Sequence record: PP496441.1
Direction: 5' to 3' (one strand)
DNA: 64,000 nucleotides
Part shown: positions 47,040-55,789 of the stretch, in pieces
Position numbering within the stretch: the stretch's first letter is position 1
Layout: every line of letters starts with the position of its first letter
Position numbers and translations under genes: made by a program
The notes under the pieces: model-generated
What the model was told of the DNA's origin: nothing
The model's input: only the letters and a program-made list of their open reading frames with translations
Database searches by the model: none

Positions 47040-47084
47040 GGAATCACGGGAACTCCCCGCCACTATCCCACTGAGGAAAACGCC

Positions 47085-47348
47085 ATGACTACTACCCAGA
47101 TGAAAGCCCCAGCCCGCCCGGTCCAGTATCAGGTCGCTGTCGCCATTTTCATTACGTGCACCGCAATCTCCGTCGTGATCGGTTTGCACCACTTGTTCTG
47201 GATGATGGTGTTCGGCTTCACCCCGGCAGGTGTGGTTGACTTTTCTTCACCGATCATCTTCGGCCATGCCAACGTCACCGCCCCACTCCTGATCGTCACG
47301 GCTCTGGTTGCCGTGTTCACTTGGCAGCTCGTTGACGTGGAGGCTTGA
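47085..47348 (+). CDS. two-TM membrane protein
   Basis: start MTTTQ after GAGGA; two hydrophobic helices. Confidence 0.7.
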   Translation: MTTTQMKAPARPVQYQVAVAIFITCTAISVVIGLHHLFWMMVFGFTPAGVVDFSSPIIFGHANVTAPLLIVTALVAVFTWQLVDVEA

Positions 47349-47350
47349 TC

Positions 47351-47695
47351 ATGGGCCATCGTAGCAAGTTCCCATCGCTGGACAAGCAGGCCCGTGAACT
47401 GGAAGCCATGCGCAAGTATCTGGGCTTGGGTACATCGGTCGTCACCCCGCTGGTCGAACAAAATCTGGTTCCGGTCACCACCGTCAAGCGGGCAGGTTGG
47501 AACGTGTCGCTGTGGATCATGCCGAAAGACGGATACGTTCCCGAGTTTCTGGAAGTGTTCATCACCATCATGGACAGACAGCTCGCATGGGACTCGGCTA
47601 TCCAGTCGATCCCTAAGACCCACAAGCTGCACTTCGTCGTTGACTGCATCTACGTTTACGAAGTCAAAGAATGGCACCCGGAGACATCGCGATGA
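47351..47695 (+). CDS. hypothetical protein
   Basis: GGAGG SD. Confidence 0.65.
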   Translation: MGHRSKFPSLDKQARELEAMRKYLGLGTSVVTPLVEQNLVPVTTVKRAGWNVSLWIMPKDGYVPEFLEVFITIMDRQLAWDSAIQSIPKTHKLHFVVDCIYVYEVKEWHPETSR

Positions 47696-47949
47696 ATGCC
47701 CAAGAAAGAGCTGCACCTAAGTTCGTGATCAAGAAAGACGGCAAGTATCACGCCGGTTCTTCTTACGCCACGGGGTACGGCTACCGCAACAGCTGGAGCA
47801 AGACGATCGAGGGTGCACGAATCTTCGTCCCGGCGAACTCCCGTGTTAATAGTGACGCCGGTGCGCTTGAGAACATCGCCGCCCGGCTAAAAGGCAAGAT
47901 TATTCAAGTTACCCTCAATGCAGCTAACCGATACGTAGAGGTACTCTGA
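47692..47949 (+). CDS. hypothetical protein
   Basis: ATGA overlap. Confidence 0.65.
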   Translation: MNAQERAAPKFVIKKDGKYHAGSSYATGYGYRNSWSKTIEGARIFVPANSRVNSDAGALENIAARLKGKIIQVTLNAANRYVEVL

Positions 47950-47950
47950 C

Positions 47951-48379
47951 ATGCAACTGACCAATCAGCAACTGACCGCCCGTGAAAAAGAGTACTGTGT
48001 GAACCGCTTGAAAGGTTACCGCAATGAGATCAAGACGCTGCGCAACTGGGAGCATCGGGACAAGGTCAAGCGGCCGCATCGCGTCCCTAGTCTTCGTGCA
48101 CAGCGCATCAATGACATCCGCCGGGCGGTGTTCTACCGAGGCATCCTGCGCGGCACCGTTGAACTGCCGCTTGCCAATCTGGGCCACAACCGATTCATCA
48201 CGCCCGCCGTGCCACTCGGATACACCATCACCCAGAACCGAGACGGCGTGTGGGGATGGGAGTCCGCCACTGCCCCCGAGTCGCATCACAAGTCTGGCTT
48301 CGATATGTATCTAGTGGCGCTAATGGATTGCGTCCGGGCACAAGGTCCGACCTACGCCGCTGCCGCCGTATCGTACTAA
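47951..48379 (+). CDS. hypothetical basic protein
   Basis: 142 aa, GAGG SD. Confidence 0.65.
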   Translation: MQLTNQQLTAREKEYCVNRLKGYRNEIKTLRNWEHRDKVKRPHRVPSLRAQRINDIRRAVFYRGILRGTVELPLANLGHNRFITPAVPLGYTITQNRDGVWGWESATAPESHHKSGFDMYLVALMDCVRAQGPTYAAAAVSY

Positions 48380-48384
48380 CAGAC

Positions 48385-48416
48385 AGCCCATGTGGTTTCG
48401 GCCCATGGGCTTTTTC
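48385..48416 (+). terminator. intrinsic terminator
   Basis: AGCCCAT..TTCG..ATGGGCTTTTT. Confidence 0.8.
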
Positions 48417-48457
48417 CTCTTTGTAAATAGTCCGCATAACCCAACGAGGTACCTGCT

Positions 48458-48949
48458 ATGAAATTTCCAACGACTAACGATGTGGTAGAGATGTTGACCA
48501 ACTCTGAATGGTATGTGATGACCATCGGATGGATACTTGTCTTCGTGATCGCCATGCAGTTCTCATGGATCCTCTGGAACGTGGTGCTCCGCTTCCTCAA
48601 GTGTTATGCTAGAGGGTTCAGCTTTGGGCTGATGACTACCTACGTGGCTATCCGTTCTGGCGCGCCGATCCAGTACGTCCTGTTCTATCTCTTGGTTGAG
48701 ACGATATTACTTGCACCTTTCCATTTTATACGAGAGGAGATGTTCTCTGGTGTTCATTACTCCAGTATGACTCTGGCCAACGGCGGTACATGGTCCGGGA
48801 CCTTCCAGTGGTACATCCGTAAGGAGATAACCCGCAAAAGCTGGAACCAATGGGAAGCAGAGATGCTGGAGGAAAAAGCCAAGCGGGCAGAGATCGCTAA
48901 GCGTAACCGTGAAGACTATCTGCGTGACCCTGACAACTTCGACGTGTGA
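48458..48949 (+). CDS. membrane protein
   Basis: N-terminal TM segments, charged C-terminus. Confidence 0.7.
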   Translation: MKFPTTNDVVEMLTNSEWYVMTIGWILVFVIAMQFSWILWNVVLRFLKCYARGFSFGLMTTYVAIRSGAPIQYVLFYLLVETILLAPFHFIREEMFSGVHYSSMTLANGGTWSGTFQWYIRKEITRKSWNQWEAEMLEEKAKRAEIAKRNREDYLRDPDNFDV

Positions 48950-48958
48950 GATCCCCGA

Positions 48959-49636
48959 GTGAATATATTCTTCGTCCACGCTGATCCTGTTATTGCCGCA
49001 AGCATGCTCTGCGACCAGCATGTGACTAAGATGATAACCGAGTCAATCCAGATGCTGTGTACGGCGCACCGATGGTTCGGTAACGAAGATATGCCGTATG
49101 CCTCGATGAACCCGAACCATCGGTGCAACATCTGGGTCCGGGAGTCCACTGAGAACTATCGGTGGTTATGGCGGCACGCCCATGCGCTGGCGCTGGTGGC
49201 AGCGTCCCGATACGGGGCTGTACGCTCGCAGGCGGTGACTTTGTTGTCCCGACTGATCGATGCCCCGGCTGGCGTCGAACGCGGCGCCTTGACGATCCCA
49301 GCGGCTGCTATAAGTGAGCCGCCCGGTTCCCCAATCCCACCGGAGTACTTGCAAGCATGGCGGGAGAGTGTGGTGTGCTTCGAGTCTGCCGTCGTTGCTT
49401 ATCGCCAATTCTATGTTCAACAGAAGTCGGTGTTTGCTCGTTGGTCTGGTTCGGCACCCGCATGGTATATCCAAGGTTTGCGGCAGTACAGACTCATGCA
49501 CCGACTTCGTGAACGAGACCCTAAACGACCGTGGCCGCGAGGCATGACCAAACCTGATACCTCAGTGCAATTTCGGTCGCACCCTACCCTAAGTGATTGG
49601 AAGCACTTCCCTAATGAACAAGAGGACCTTGTATGA
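48959..49636 (+). CDS. pyrimidine-dimer DNA glycosylase (DenV/Pyr_excise)-like protein
   Basis: MNIFFVHADP...LCDQHVTKMITESIQMLCTAH, HRCNIWVRES..NYRWL. Confidence 0.8.
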   Translation: MNIFFVHADPVIAASMLCDQHVTKMITESIQMLCTAHRWFGNEDMPYASMNPNHRCNIWVRESTENYRWLWRHAHALALVAASRYGAVRSQAVTLLSRLIDAPAGVERGALTIPAAAISEPPGSPIPPEYLQAWRESVVCFESAVVAYRQFYVQQKSVFARWSGSAPAWYIQGLRQYRLMHRLRERDPKRPWPRGMTKPDTSVQFRSHPTLSDWKHFPNEQEDLV

Positions 49637-49908
49637 CGACCCCGTTGACTGACGCCGAACTTCAGATGCTGGTTACGGCTGCACGTGATCAGATGGCTGA
49701 CGTGATCACCCGACACTTGCGCACCGTACTGCTACCCCAGCATACCGGAACAGAGGCGGAACAAGCTCGTATCGTGGCAGAGGACTCCGGGATCGATCTG
49801 ATCCAGCTGGTGTTTCTGCTGAATGGAGATTCGGCCAAGCTGTCCACGCACAAGCTGCTTGAGATCGCCATCCGCTTGCGGCTGCGTCCCGTGTTCACCC
49901 TGACCTGA
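49633..49908 (+). CDS. small HTH-like DNA-binding protein
   Basis: QARIVAEDSGIDLIQLVFLLNGDSAKLSTHKLLEIA resembles an XRE HTH. Confidence 0.5.
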   Translation: MTTPLTDAELQMLVTAARDQMADVITRHLRTVLLPQHTGTEAEQARIVAEDSGIDLIQLVFLLNGDSAKLSTHKLLEIAIRLRLRPVFTLT

Positions 49909-49924
49909 TCTAGCGTCACCCTAA

Positions 49925-49958
49925 CCCCGCCCGGCCATTGTGCTGCGCGGGGTTTTCT
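49925..49958 (+). terminator. intrinsic terminator
   Basis: AACCCCGC...GCGGGGTTTT. Confidence 0.7.
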
Positions 49959-50014
49959 TGCCTCTAATCGCCTAATTATGGATACACTCAGGTAAGTTTA
50001 CTAGGAGTTTAATT

Positions 50015-51649
50015 ATGGCAACCCTTGGATTCAAAAGGACAGTGTCTGCCCCCGTAGGACTGGAACTTTCAGGCAACAAACTCAGTTACAACTGGTATTA
50101 CCCGGATGAAGATTATATCCGGGCTAATTTCCGTAGTCTGCAGGACATCGTGAAGAAAGGTTGGGCAGTTTGTTCCAATGCTTACCTAGTAAACTTCCCT
50201 TCGTTCGGGGAACTGGATGCGTACCATCCTACCTTGGGTGTATCTACAACACCCGTAGTGTCTATGGTAGAACTTACCACCACCCATCTGGCTGGGGATC
50301 ATAAGTACCTGCAAGCCGTCCTGCTAGGTAATATCCCGGTTCTTCTTCTTAGCGATGGCGTGAACTGGCGTAACATCTCGGCCAACAACGCCATTGTCGC
50401 CACGGACCCCGGCGGTGAAGTAACCCCGCCAGCCCCGTTGAACGCACTCAAGATGGCAACCCAGTGGAATGCTATTCACTGGTACGTCGAGACACCTACT
50501 GATATCGTTCCAGGTGCAACTGAAGCAAGGTACGTGTCCAACATGGTCCACTTCGTCGGCGGCGGCGCCCTGAAGACCATTGCGCTGAGTTTCCCGAACT
50601 GGTATCTGTACACGGGTGACGGTCCGGTTGCTAACGGAGGCAGCGCGTTGCCACTGGACAAGGCAGTTATCGAATACAACAGCATCGTTGTCCCCGTAAC
50701 CTTCAACGGTGCGCGGTCGAAGCTGATTCCAGACGGAGCTAGTGACGTAGTGTGCGATGAGATTCCTGCCAGTGCATTCGGCTTGGAAGAGATTCCTAAT
50801 CTGTCCAAGTTGCTGGTGCGAACACAGTTCACCTTTGCGGCGGGTGGAAAGATTGTATTCTCGGATCGGAAAGTAAGCGCGGTACCGGGAACTCAGGTAA
50901 TGGTCGGCAATACGGCCAATACCCAGTTCTCTGATATTGATTTGCCGGGTCAGATTACTTATAGTGGTACCTACCCTGAGATGCGGGTCTCAGGTTACTG
51001 TCCTTTCGTTATCGGACGGCATACCGATCCAGACGCAGTTGCCATCGCGGCCATTGGCGATTCGATCACCGTAGGCGTAGGTGATTATGAGGCCAACCCT
51101 TCCGGGACAGGCTGGTTCCAACGTGTCATTGGCAAGTTGCCGGGCAAACCCGCAGCAATCAACCTGTCAGTGGCCGGTACTATCTCACTGGCGGGCAGCA
51201 CGGATGATCGCCTTCAGGATTACTTCAAATACTGCAACAAGGGTATCGCGTTCTACGGGACCAACGATATGTCCTTTGGTGCAACCCCTGACGGAACCCG
51301 TGACCGTCTGAAGAATCGTGTACTGCAGATGAAATCTAAGGGCATTCAGACCGTAGGGGTTGCCAAGTGCCTGATGAAAACCACGTCTACCGACGCGTGG
51401 GCTACCGAGGATAACCAGACGCTGGAATCAGCTATCTGGGGTGCGGGTAACACCATCGAACAGTTCAATGACCTGTTGCCGTTGTCTGGCTTCGACTTCG
51501 TTATCCCTTTCCTCAGTGTTCGAGGCGTAACCGACAAATACAAGTGGAGACCAATGGGCACCGCTGATGGTATTCACCCCGCTGTTCAAGCGAACAAAGA
51601 CATGTGCGACGAAGCGCTTCCTCTTATGCAGTCAGCCTTCTATCCGTAA
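50015..51649 (+). CDS. SGNH/GDSL esterase with N-terminal beta-sandwich domains
   Basis: IGDSITVG (block I), GTND (block III), DGIHP (block V). Confidence 0.85.
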   Translation: MATLGFKRTVSAPVGLELSGNKLSYNWYYPDEDYIRANFRSLQDIVKKGWAVCSNAYLVNFPSFGELDAYHPTLGVSTTPVVSMVELTTTHLAGDHKYLQAVLLGNIPVLLLSDGVNWRNISANNAIVATDPGGEVTPPAPLNALKMATQWNAIHWYVETPTDIVPGATEARYVSNMVHFVGGGALKTIALSFPNWYLYTGDGPVANGGSALPLDKAVIEYNSIVVPVTFNGARSKLIPDGASDVVCDEIPASAFGLEEIPNLSKLLVRTQFTFAAGGKIVFSDRKVSAVPGTQVMVGNTANTQFSDIDLPGQITYSGTYPEMRVSGYCPFVIGRHTDPDAVAIAAIGDSITVGVGDYEANPSGTGWFQRVIGKLPGKPAAINLSVAGTISLAGSTDDRLQDYFKYCNKGIAFYGTNDMSFGATPDGTRDRLKNRVLQMKSKGIQTVGVAKCLMKTTSTDAWATEDNQTLESAIWGAGNTIEQFNDLLPLSGFDFVIPFLSVRGVTDKYKWRPMGTADGIHPAVQANKDMCDEALPLMQSAFYP

Positions 51650-51653
51650 AACC

Positions 51654-51688
51654 AACCCACTTCGGCTTCGGCTGGGGTGGGTTTTTCA
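51654..51688 (+). terminator. intrinsic terminator
   Basis: AACCCAC..TTCG..GTGGGTTTTT. Confidence 0.8.
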
Positions 51689-51759
51689 TCTTCGTCATTC
51701 GCTTTCGCTCTGGTAAATAGCACGCATGAAAGTCCCCGTTTTTGAAGAGGGTAACCTGT

Positions 51760-54700
51760 GTGTTAATATCCAGAGCGTCATTAGAGAAGTTTGATTTCGG
51801 AAGTCTGTTTGATGATCACGTCAACAACGTCGGCAAACCGTACAAGGTACAGTCAGTAAGATCCACCGATTGGTTCCAGTCCAAGGAACGTCTGCTGGTG
51901 ATCATGGGTCGTCCCAACTACCGGGATGCCAAAGACGAAGTGCGCTGCATGATGGGCGCAGATGAAACCCGCATGGTGTTCGATAACCTGCTGGACTTGG
52001 CTGCGTCCAACGCTGAGGTTTATGCGAAGAAGGCAGGAATCAAGCTACGGTCCCGTAACAAGCACGCGATCATGGTCACCAACTTCCAGATTGCTGACCT
52101 GAGTTCAGCGTCGGAGGAAACAGAGTCCATCGCCAACCACGCGGCAGCTAACCGCGTCTCCATGCTTATCCACGTGACCCGGCCCACCAAGGTATTGATC
52201 GTCGGGCTGTACGCCGAGTCGTACCTGATGGAACGCTCAGGCATCGAGTACCCGGCCAAGAAGCGCGGCAACCCGCATCAGGTTGAGTTCAAGGTTGAGT
52301 TCAAGCCCAACGAGAAAGAACTCAAGCGCATGCAGTCACTGGAAAAGATGCGCTCTAAGGCTTTGGTACGGGAACTGGAGAGCAACGAGTACCACCCATG
52401 GGTAAACTTCTTCCTTGAGGAAGTGGCGCACGAAGGTGCCAAGCTGGCTGACTTCGCCAAGAAGGGTGGCACGTACTCGCTGAGCAACACGGTCCAGACG
52501 TTCTCCACTATCGACTATGACCGGGCGTTCACCAGTGGTTCCGGCGAGAGCGACCTCGATGATGACGCGGTGGTAGAAGCCAACCTGCTCGGGTACGTGA
52601 GCCGGAACATCGCTAACTGCCTGCTGGGCTGCAATCCATTCAGCCTGCGTCATCTGTTCAGTGAGAAGCAACCGTCCGGGCCAAAGGGTAAGCCCACGAT
52701 TCAGTGCCACTATGTCGATACGCTGAAGAAGTTCGACACTCTGTGGGATAAAGTGATGGAAGCGGACCTGGTGTCCCTCGACGTGGAGACGACGGGATTC
52801 TACCCGCACACGAACCGGTTACTGTCGCTTCAGGTGGCTACGCGGAAGGAGGAAGGTTTCTTCGTCCCGCTCTATCACAAGGATACCCCGTTCACCAAGA
52901 AGGAACTGGAGCACATCCGTCTGCGCGTCAAAGCGCTGCTGGAACTTAAGGTTACCTACCACAAGAACCAACGCCGCAAGCGCATGATGCTCGGCCAGAA
53001 CTTCGGCTTCGACAAGAAGTGGTTGATGCACTGGTGCGACGTACGCTATCTGTACTGGCCGGTGTGGGACACTATCGCCGGTGAGTTCTGCCTCGACGAC
53101 AACCTCAAGGGTCTGGTGGGTAAAGCCCTCGGCTACAAGTACACTCCGTTCTCGTTGGACTCCATCGTGGCGTCGTACGAGAACTACCACTATCTGGAAT
53201 CGGAGTTCGGCAAGGAAGATCGGACCACCATCGAGCATGCCAAGTTCGGTCCAGGTGAACCGGTTGTCACCTACGGCTGCATGGACGTTGTCTTCCCCAT
53301 CGCCGCCATGGAACAGCAACTGAACCGTGCAGAGTGTGAGCACTGGCCGACCGGTAACTACCGAGACACTCTGTTCAACTTCATGTTGGCTCAGATGTCG
53401 AACATGATCAAGGTGCAGTCGGGTATGTCGCACCGAGGCATCATGATGGACCAAGGTTACATGGAGTTCCAGCTGAGCGAAGAGGGTGTGTTCGCCAAGG
53501 ACGTGGAACGCCTGACCCGCGAGTTGTACGCATCCAAGAATGTGAAGAAAGCGTCCGAGATGCTACGGGGCAAGAAGGGTATCCCTCAAGGTTCCCTGTT
53601 CGGTAATGCGGGTGGTGACGCTGCGGGCTTCAACCACGCCAAGCAGGAACACTTGGAGATCCTCTTCTTCGACGTGCTCAAGCTGGCACCGGTCAACGTC
53701 AAGAAGGAGACAGATAAGCGCTCGCTGGACGATGACTTCAAGAAGGCGTACAAAGCCGTACCAGAGGTTGCGTGCTGGGCGCAGATGGGTAAGATGCAGC
53801 GGTTGCTCGATACGTTCATTCGCGCCATCTACAACCACATGAACAACGACCCAGACTATTCGGTGCACAACAGGCTCCATCCCGGCTACGGGTTCAAGGA
53901 GGTTGTGACCGGTCGATCCAACAGTAGCAAGCCGTCGCTCCAGCAGATCCCGGTGCACAGTGCCGAGGCCAAGTACGTCAAGCGGCAGTTCGTGGCCCCG
54001 ATGTGGACCTTGTTCGATGACGCTGACTATAGCTCTCACGAGGTTCGCTGCGCGGGTATCACGGCGTTCGACGAAGCTTCATGCTCGGGCTTCCGCAAGA
54101 TTCACAACATCGTACTGGATCACAGGCTGTATCCATCGAAGGATAACAAGATCGTCCTGCTCACGGCGGGCGACAGCCACAAGCAGAACTACTCCCGCTT
54201 CACCGGTCTGGATATCAAGGAATGGATCACCTTCGACTTGACCGAGGAAGGCAAGAAGAAGGCAAAGGCACTGCGACAAATCGCCAAGACCATCGTGTTC
54301 GGTGCGATCTATGGTAAGTCGGCACCCTCGCTGGCCGCAGAGCTGGGTATCAGCGTCGAGGAAGCAGAAGAGCTGCTGTTCAACTTCTTCAAGGAGTTCG
54401 CGGACCTCAAGGACTGGCTGGAGTGGACCAAAGACTATTCCAACAAGCACTTGTACACCTTCGGCCCCCACGGTCGCAAGCGCCGTCTGTTCGGCTACAT
54501 CACCGGCATCAAGCGTACCCAGTCTGCGATGGAACGTCGTGCGCAGAACTCGCCAATTCAAGGCTTCGCATCGGACGTTATGTTCGACGCCGCCGAGATG
54601 TATGCGCAAAAGCAGCATGAGGTGTACGCACTGATCGAAGCCAACCGTAGCCTGCGCAAGATGCTGAGCAAGGAGCTGGAGATTGTCAATCAGTTCCCTA

Positions 54701-55161
54701 CTGGCGCCAACGTTCTGGTTCACGACTCCAGCAAGTCAGAGTCGCCGTTCAACTTCCTGCTGATGAACATGCACATCAAAGAGTGGTGTATGACCACGGG
54801 CGTCCAGAACTATCTTGAGTCCAACTTTGACATGCAGTTCTTGACCCCGTTCGGTATCGACTTCGACATCGGCGCATCGTGGGCAGACATGGAAGGCTGG
54901 GACTTCAACCCGACCACCCTGATCGGACCTCAGCCCAAGGACAAAGATGGTAAGCCGGGTATGGGCATCATTGAGACGGCACTGGAGAACAGCCAGAAGA
55001 TTCACAACTACTCGTTCAACACCGACAAGGTAGCGCAAGGTATGTTCACCCGCTACCACATGCTGAGAGACGAGCTGAAGCTGGATGAACTCTTCCCGTT
55101 GAACATGAAGTACTGCGTGGACAAGGACTGGCAGGTGCCTACTCCGAAACTTCCAAAGTGA
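51760..55161 (+). CDS. polA: family A DNA polymerase with N-terminal UDG-like domain and 3'-5' exonuclease
   Basis: LDVETTG, NFGFD, YGCMD (exo I-III); TGRSNSSKPSLQQIP; ADYSSHEVR; AKTIVFGAIYG; VHDS; likely GTG start after GAGG. Confidence 0.95.
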   Translation: MLISRASLEKFDFGSLFDDHVNNVGKPYKVQSVRSTDWFQSKERLLVIMGRPNYRDAKDEVRCMMGADETRMVFDNLLDLAASNAEVYAKKAGIKLRSRNKHAIMVTNFQIADLSSASEETESIANHAAANRVSMLIHVTRPTKVLIVGLYAESYLMERSGIEYPAKKRGNPHQVEFKVEFKPNEKELKRMQSLEKMRSKALVRELESNEYHPWVNFFLEEVAHEGAKLADFAKKGGTYSLSNTVQTFSTIDYDRAFTSGSGESDLDDDAVVEANLLGYVSRNIANCLLGCNPFSLRHLFSEKQPSGPKGKPTIQCHYVDTLKKFDTLWDKVMEADLVSLDVETTGFYPHTNRLLSLQVATRKEEGFFVPLYHKDTPFTKKELEHIRLRVKALLELKVTYHKNQRRKRMMLGQNFGFDKKWLMHWCDVRYLYWPVWDTIAGEFCLDDNLKGLVGKALGYKYTPFSLDSIVASYENYHYLESEFGKEDRTTIEHAKFGPGEPVVTYGCMDVVFPIAAMEQQLNRAECEHWPTGNYRDTLFNFMLAQMSNMIKVQSGMSHRGIMMDQGYMEFQLSEEGVFAKDVERLTRELYASKNVKKASEMLRGKKGIPQGSLFGNAGGDAAGFNHAKQEHLEILFFDVLKLAPVNVKKETDKRSLDDDFKKAYKAVPEVACWAQMGKMQRLLDTFIRAIYNHMNNDPDYSVHNRLHPGYGFKEVVTGRSNSSKPSLQQIPVHSAEAKYVKRQFVAPMWTLFDDADYSSHEVRCAGITAFDEASCSGFRKIHNIVLDHRLYPSKDNKIVLLTAGDSHKQNYSRFTGLDIKEWITFDLTEEGKKKAKALRQIAKTIVFGAIYGKSAPSLAAELGISVEEAEELLFNFFKEFADLKDWLEWTKDYSNKHLYTFGPHGRKRRLFGYITGIKRTQSAMERRAQNSPIQGFASDVMFDAAEMYAQKQHEVYALIEANRSLRKMLSKELEIVNQFPTGANVLVHDSSKSESPFNFLLMNMHIKEWCMTTGVQNYLESNFDMQFLTPFGIDFDIGASWADMEGWDFNPTTLIGPQPKDKDGKPGMGIIETALENSQKIHNYSFNTDKVAQGMFTRYHMLRDELKLDELFPLNMKYCVDKDWQVPTPKLPK

Positions 55162-55168
55162 GACAACC

Positions 55169-55420
55169 ATGACTCAGATTACCAAGATGGACTTCGAGCA
55201 GGACCTGCTGGTGTTCTACCATTTCGTCAAGACAACGCAGGATAGTGAAAGCGCATCTTCCGTATGGGACAGCTTCCGTTACGCCTATCTTCGTCTAATC
55301 CTCCTGAAGGGTATGACATTGCCACCGGCCACGAACTGGACCGAGCAGGGGATCGACAGCGCAGTTGATCTGCAGCTGGAAAGGATCCTCGGCGTGTACC
55401 GGCCACCAAAGGAGGCGTGA
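55169..55420 (+). CDS. hypothetical protein
   Basis: 83 aa, operonic. Confidence 0.6.
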   Translation: MTQITKMDFEQDLLVFYHFVKTTQDSESASSVWDSFRYAYLRLILLKGMTLPPATNWTEQGIDSAVDLQLERILGVYRPPKEA

Positions 55421-55424
55421 CGCC

Positions 55425-55751
55425 ATGATAGGTAACGGACAAGCCTTCAACGTAAGTCAGGAACTTAAAGACGCTACTTCCAAGTATCTAGCTAGCCGGG
55501 GTCATGGCACGTCGCAAGACTGTGAGACTTCGTGGGGTGTGATGCGCTACGAGTTCCTCAAGGCTCAAGTAAAGTTCGAAGGGGAGGCACTAATAACGGA
55601 GATTACCCCGAATACCCGAATGCATCGGGGCGCCAACTTCTGGTACGACTTGACGATGCGTATTCCCGCAGCTCACCCCGGTGAGACGATTGATGACGCT
55701 ATTGACCTGTGGCTGGAAACGCTGCTAGGCGTCAAGCGACCGGGTAAATAG
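55425..55751 (+). CDS. hypothetical protein
   Basis: start MIGNG after GGAGG. Confidence 0.6.
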   Translation: MIGNGQAFNVSQELKDATSKYLASRGHGTSQDCETSWGVMRYEFLKAQVKFEGEALITEITPNTRMHRGANFWYDLTMRIPAAHPGETIDDAIDLWLETLLGVKRPGK

Positions 55752-55789
55752 CCGGTGACTAACTACGTATCTATAGGGATACCGCAAAC

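Noticed and set aside
51726-51794. short out-of-frame ORF MKVPVFEEGNLCVNIQSVIREV over the polA start
   Set aside because: It has no SD and starts 6 nt after the GTAAATA motif, whereas polA has its own GAGG-GTG start; there is no evidence for a frameshift.
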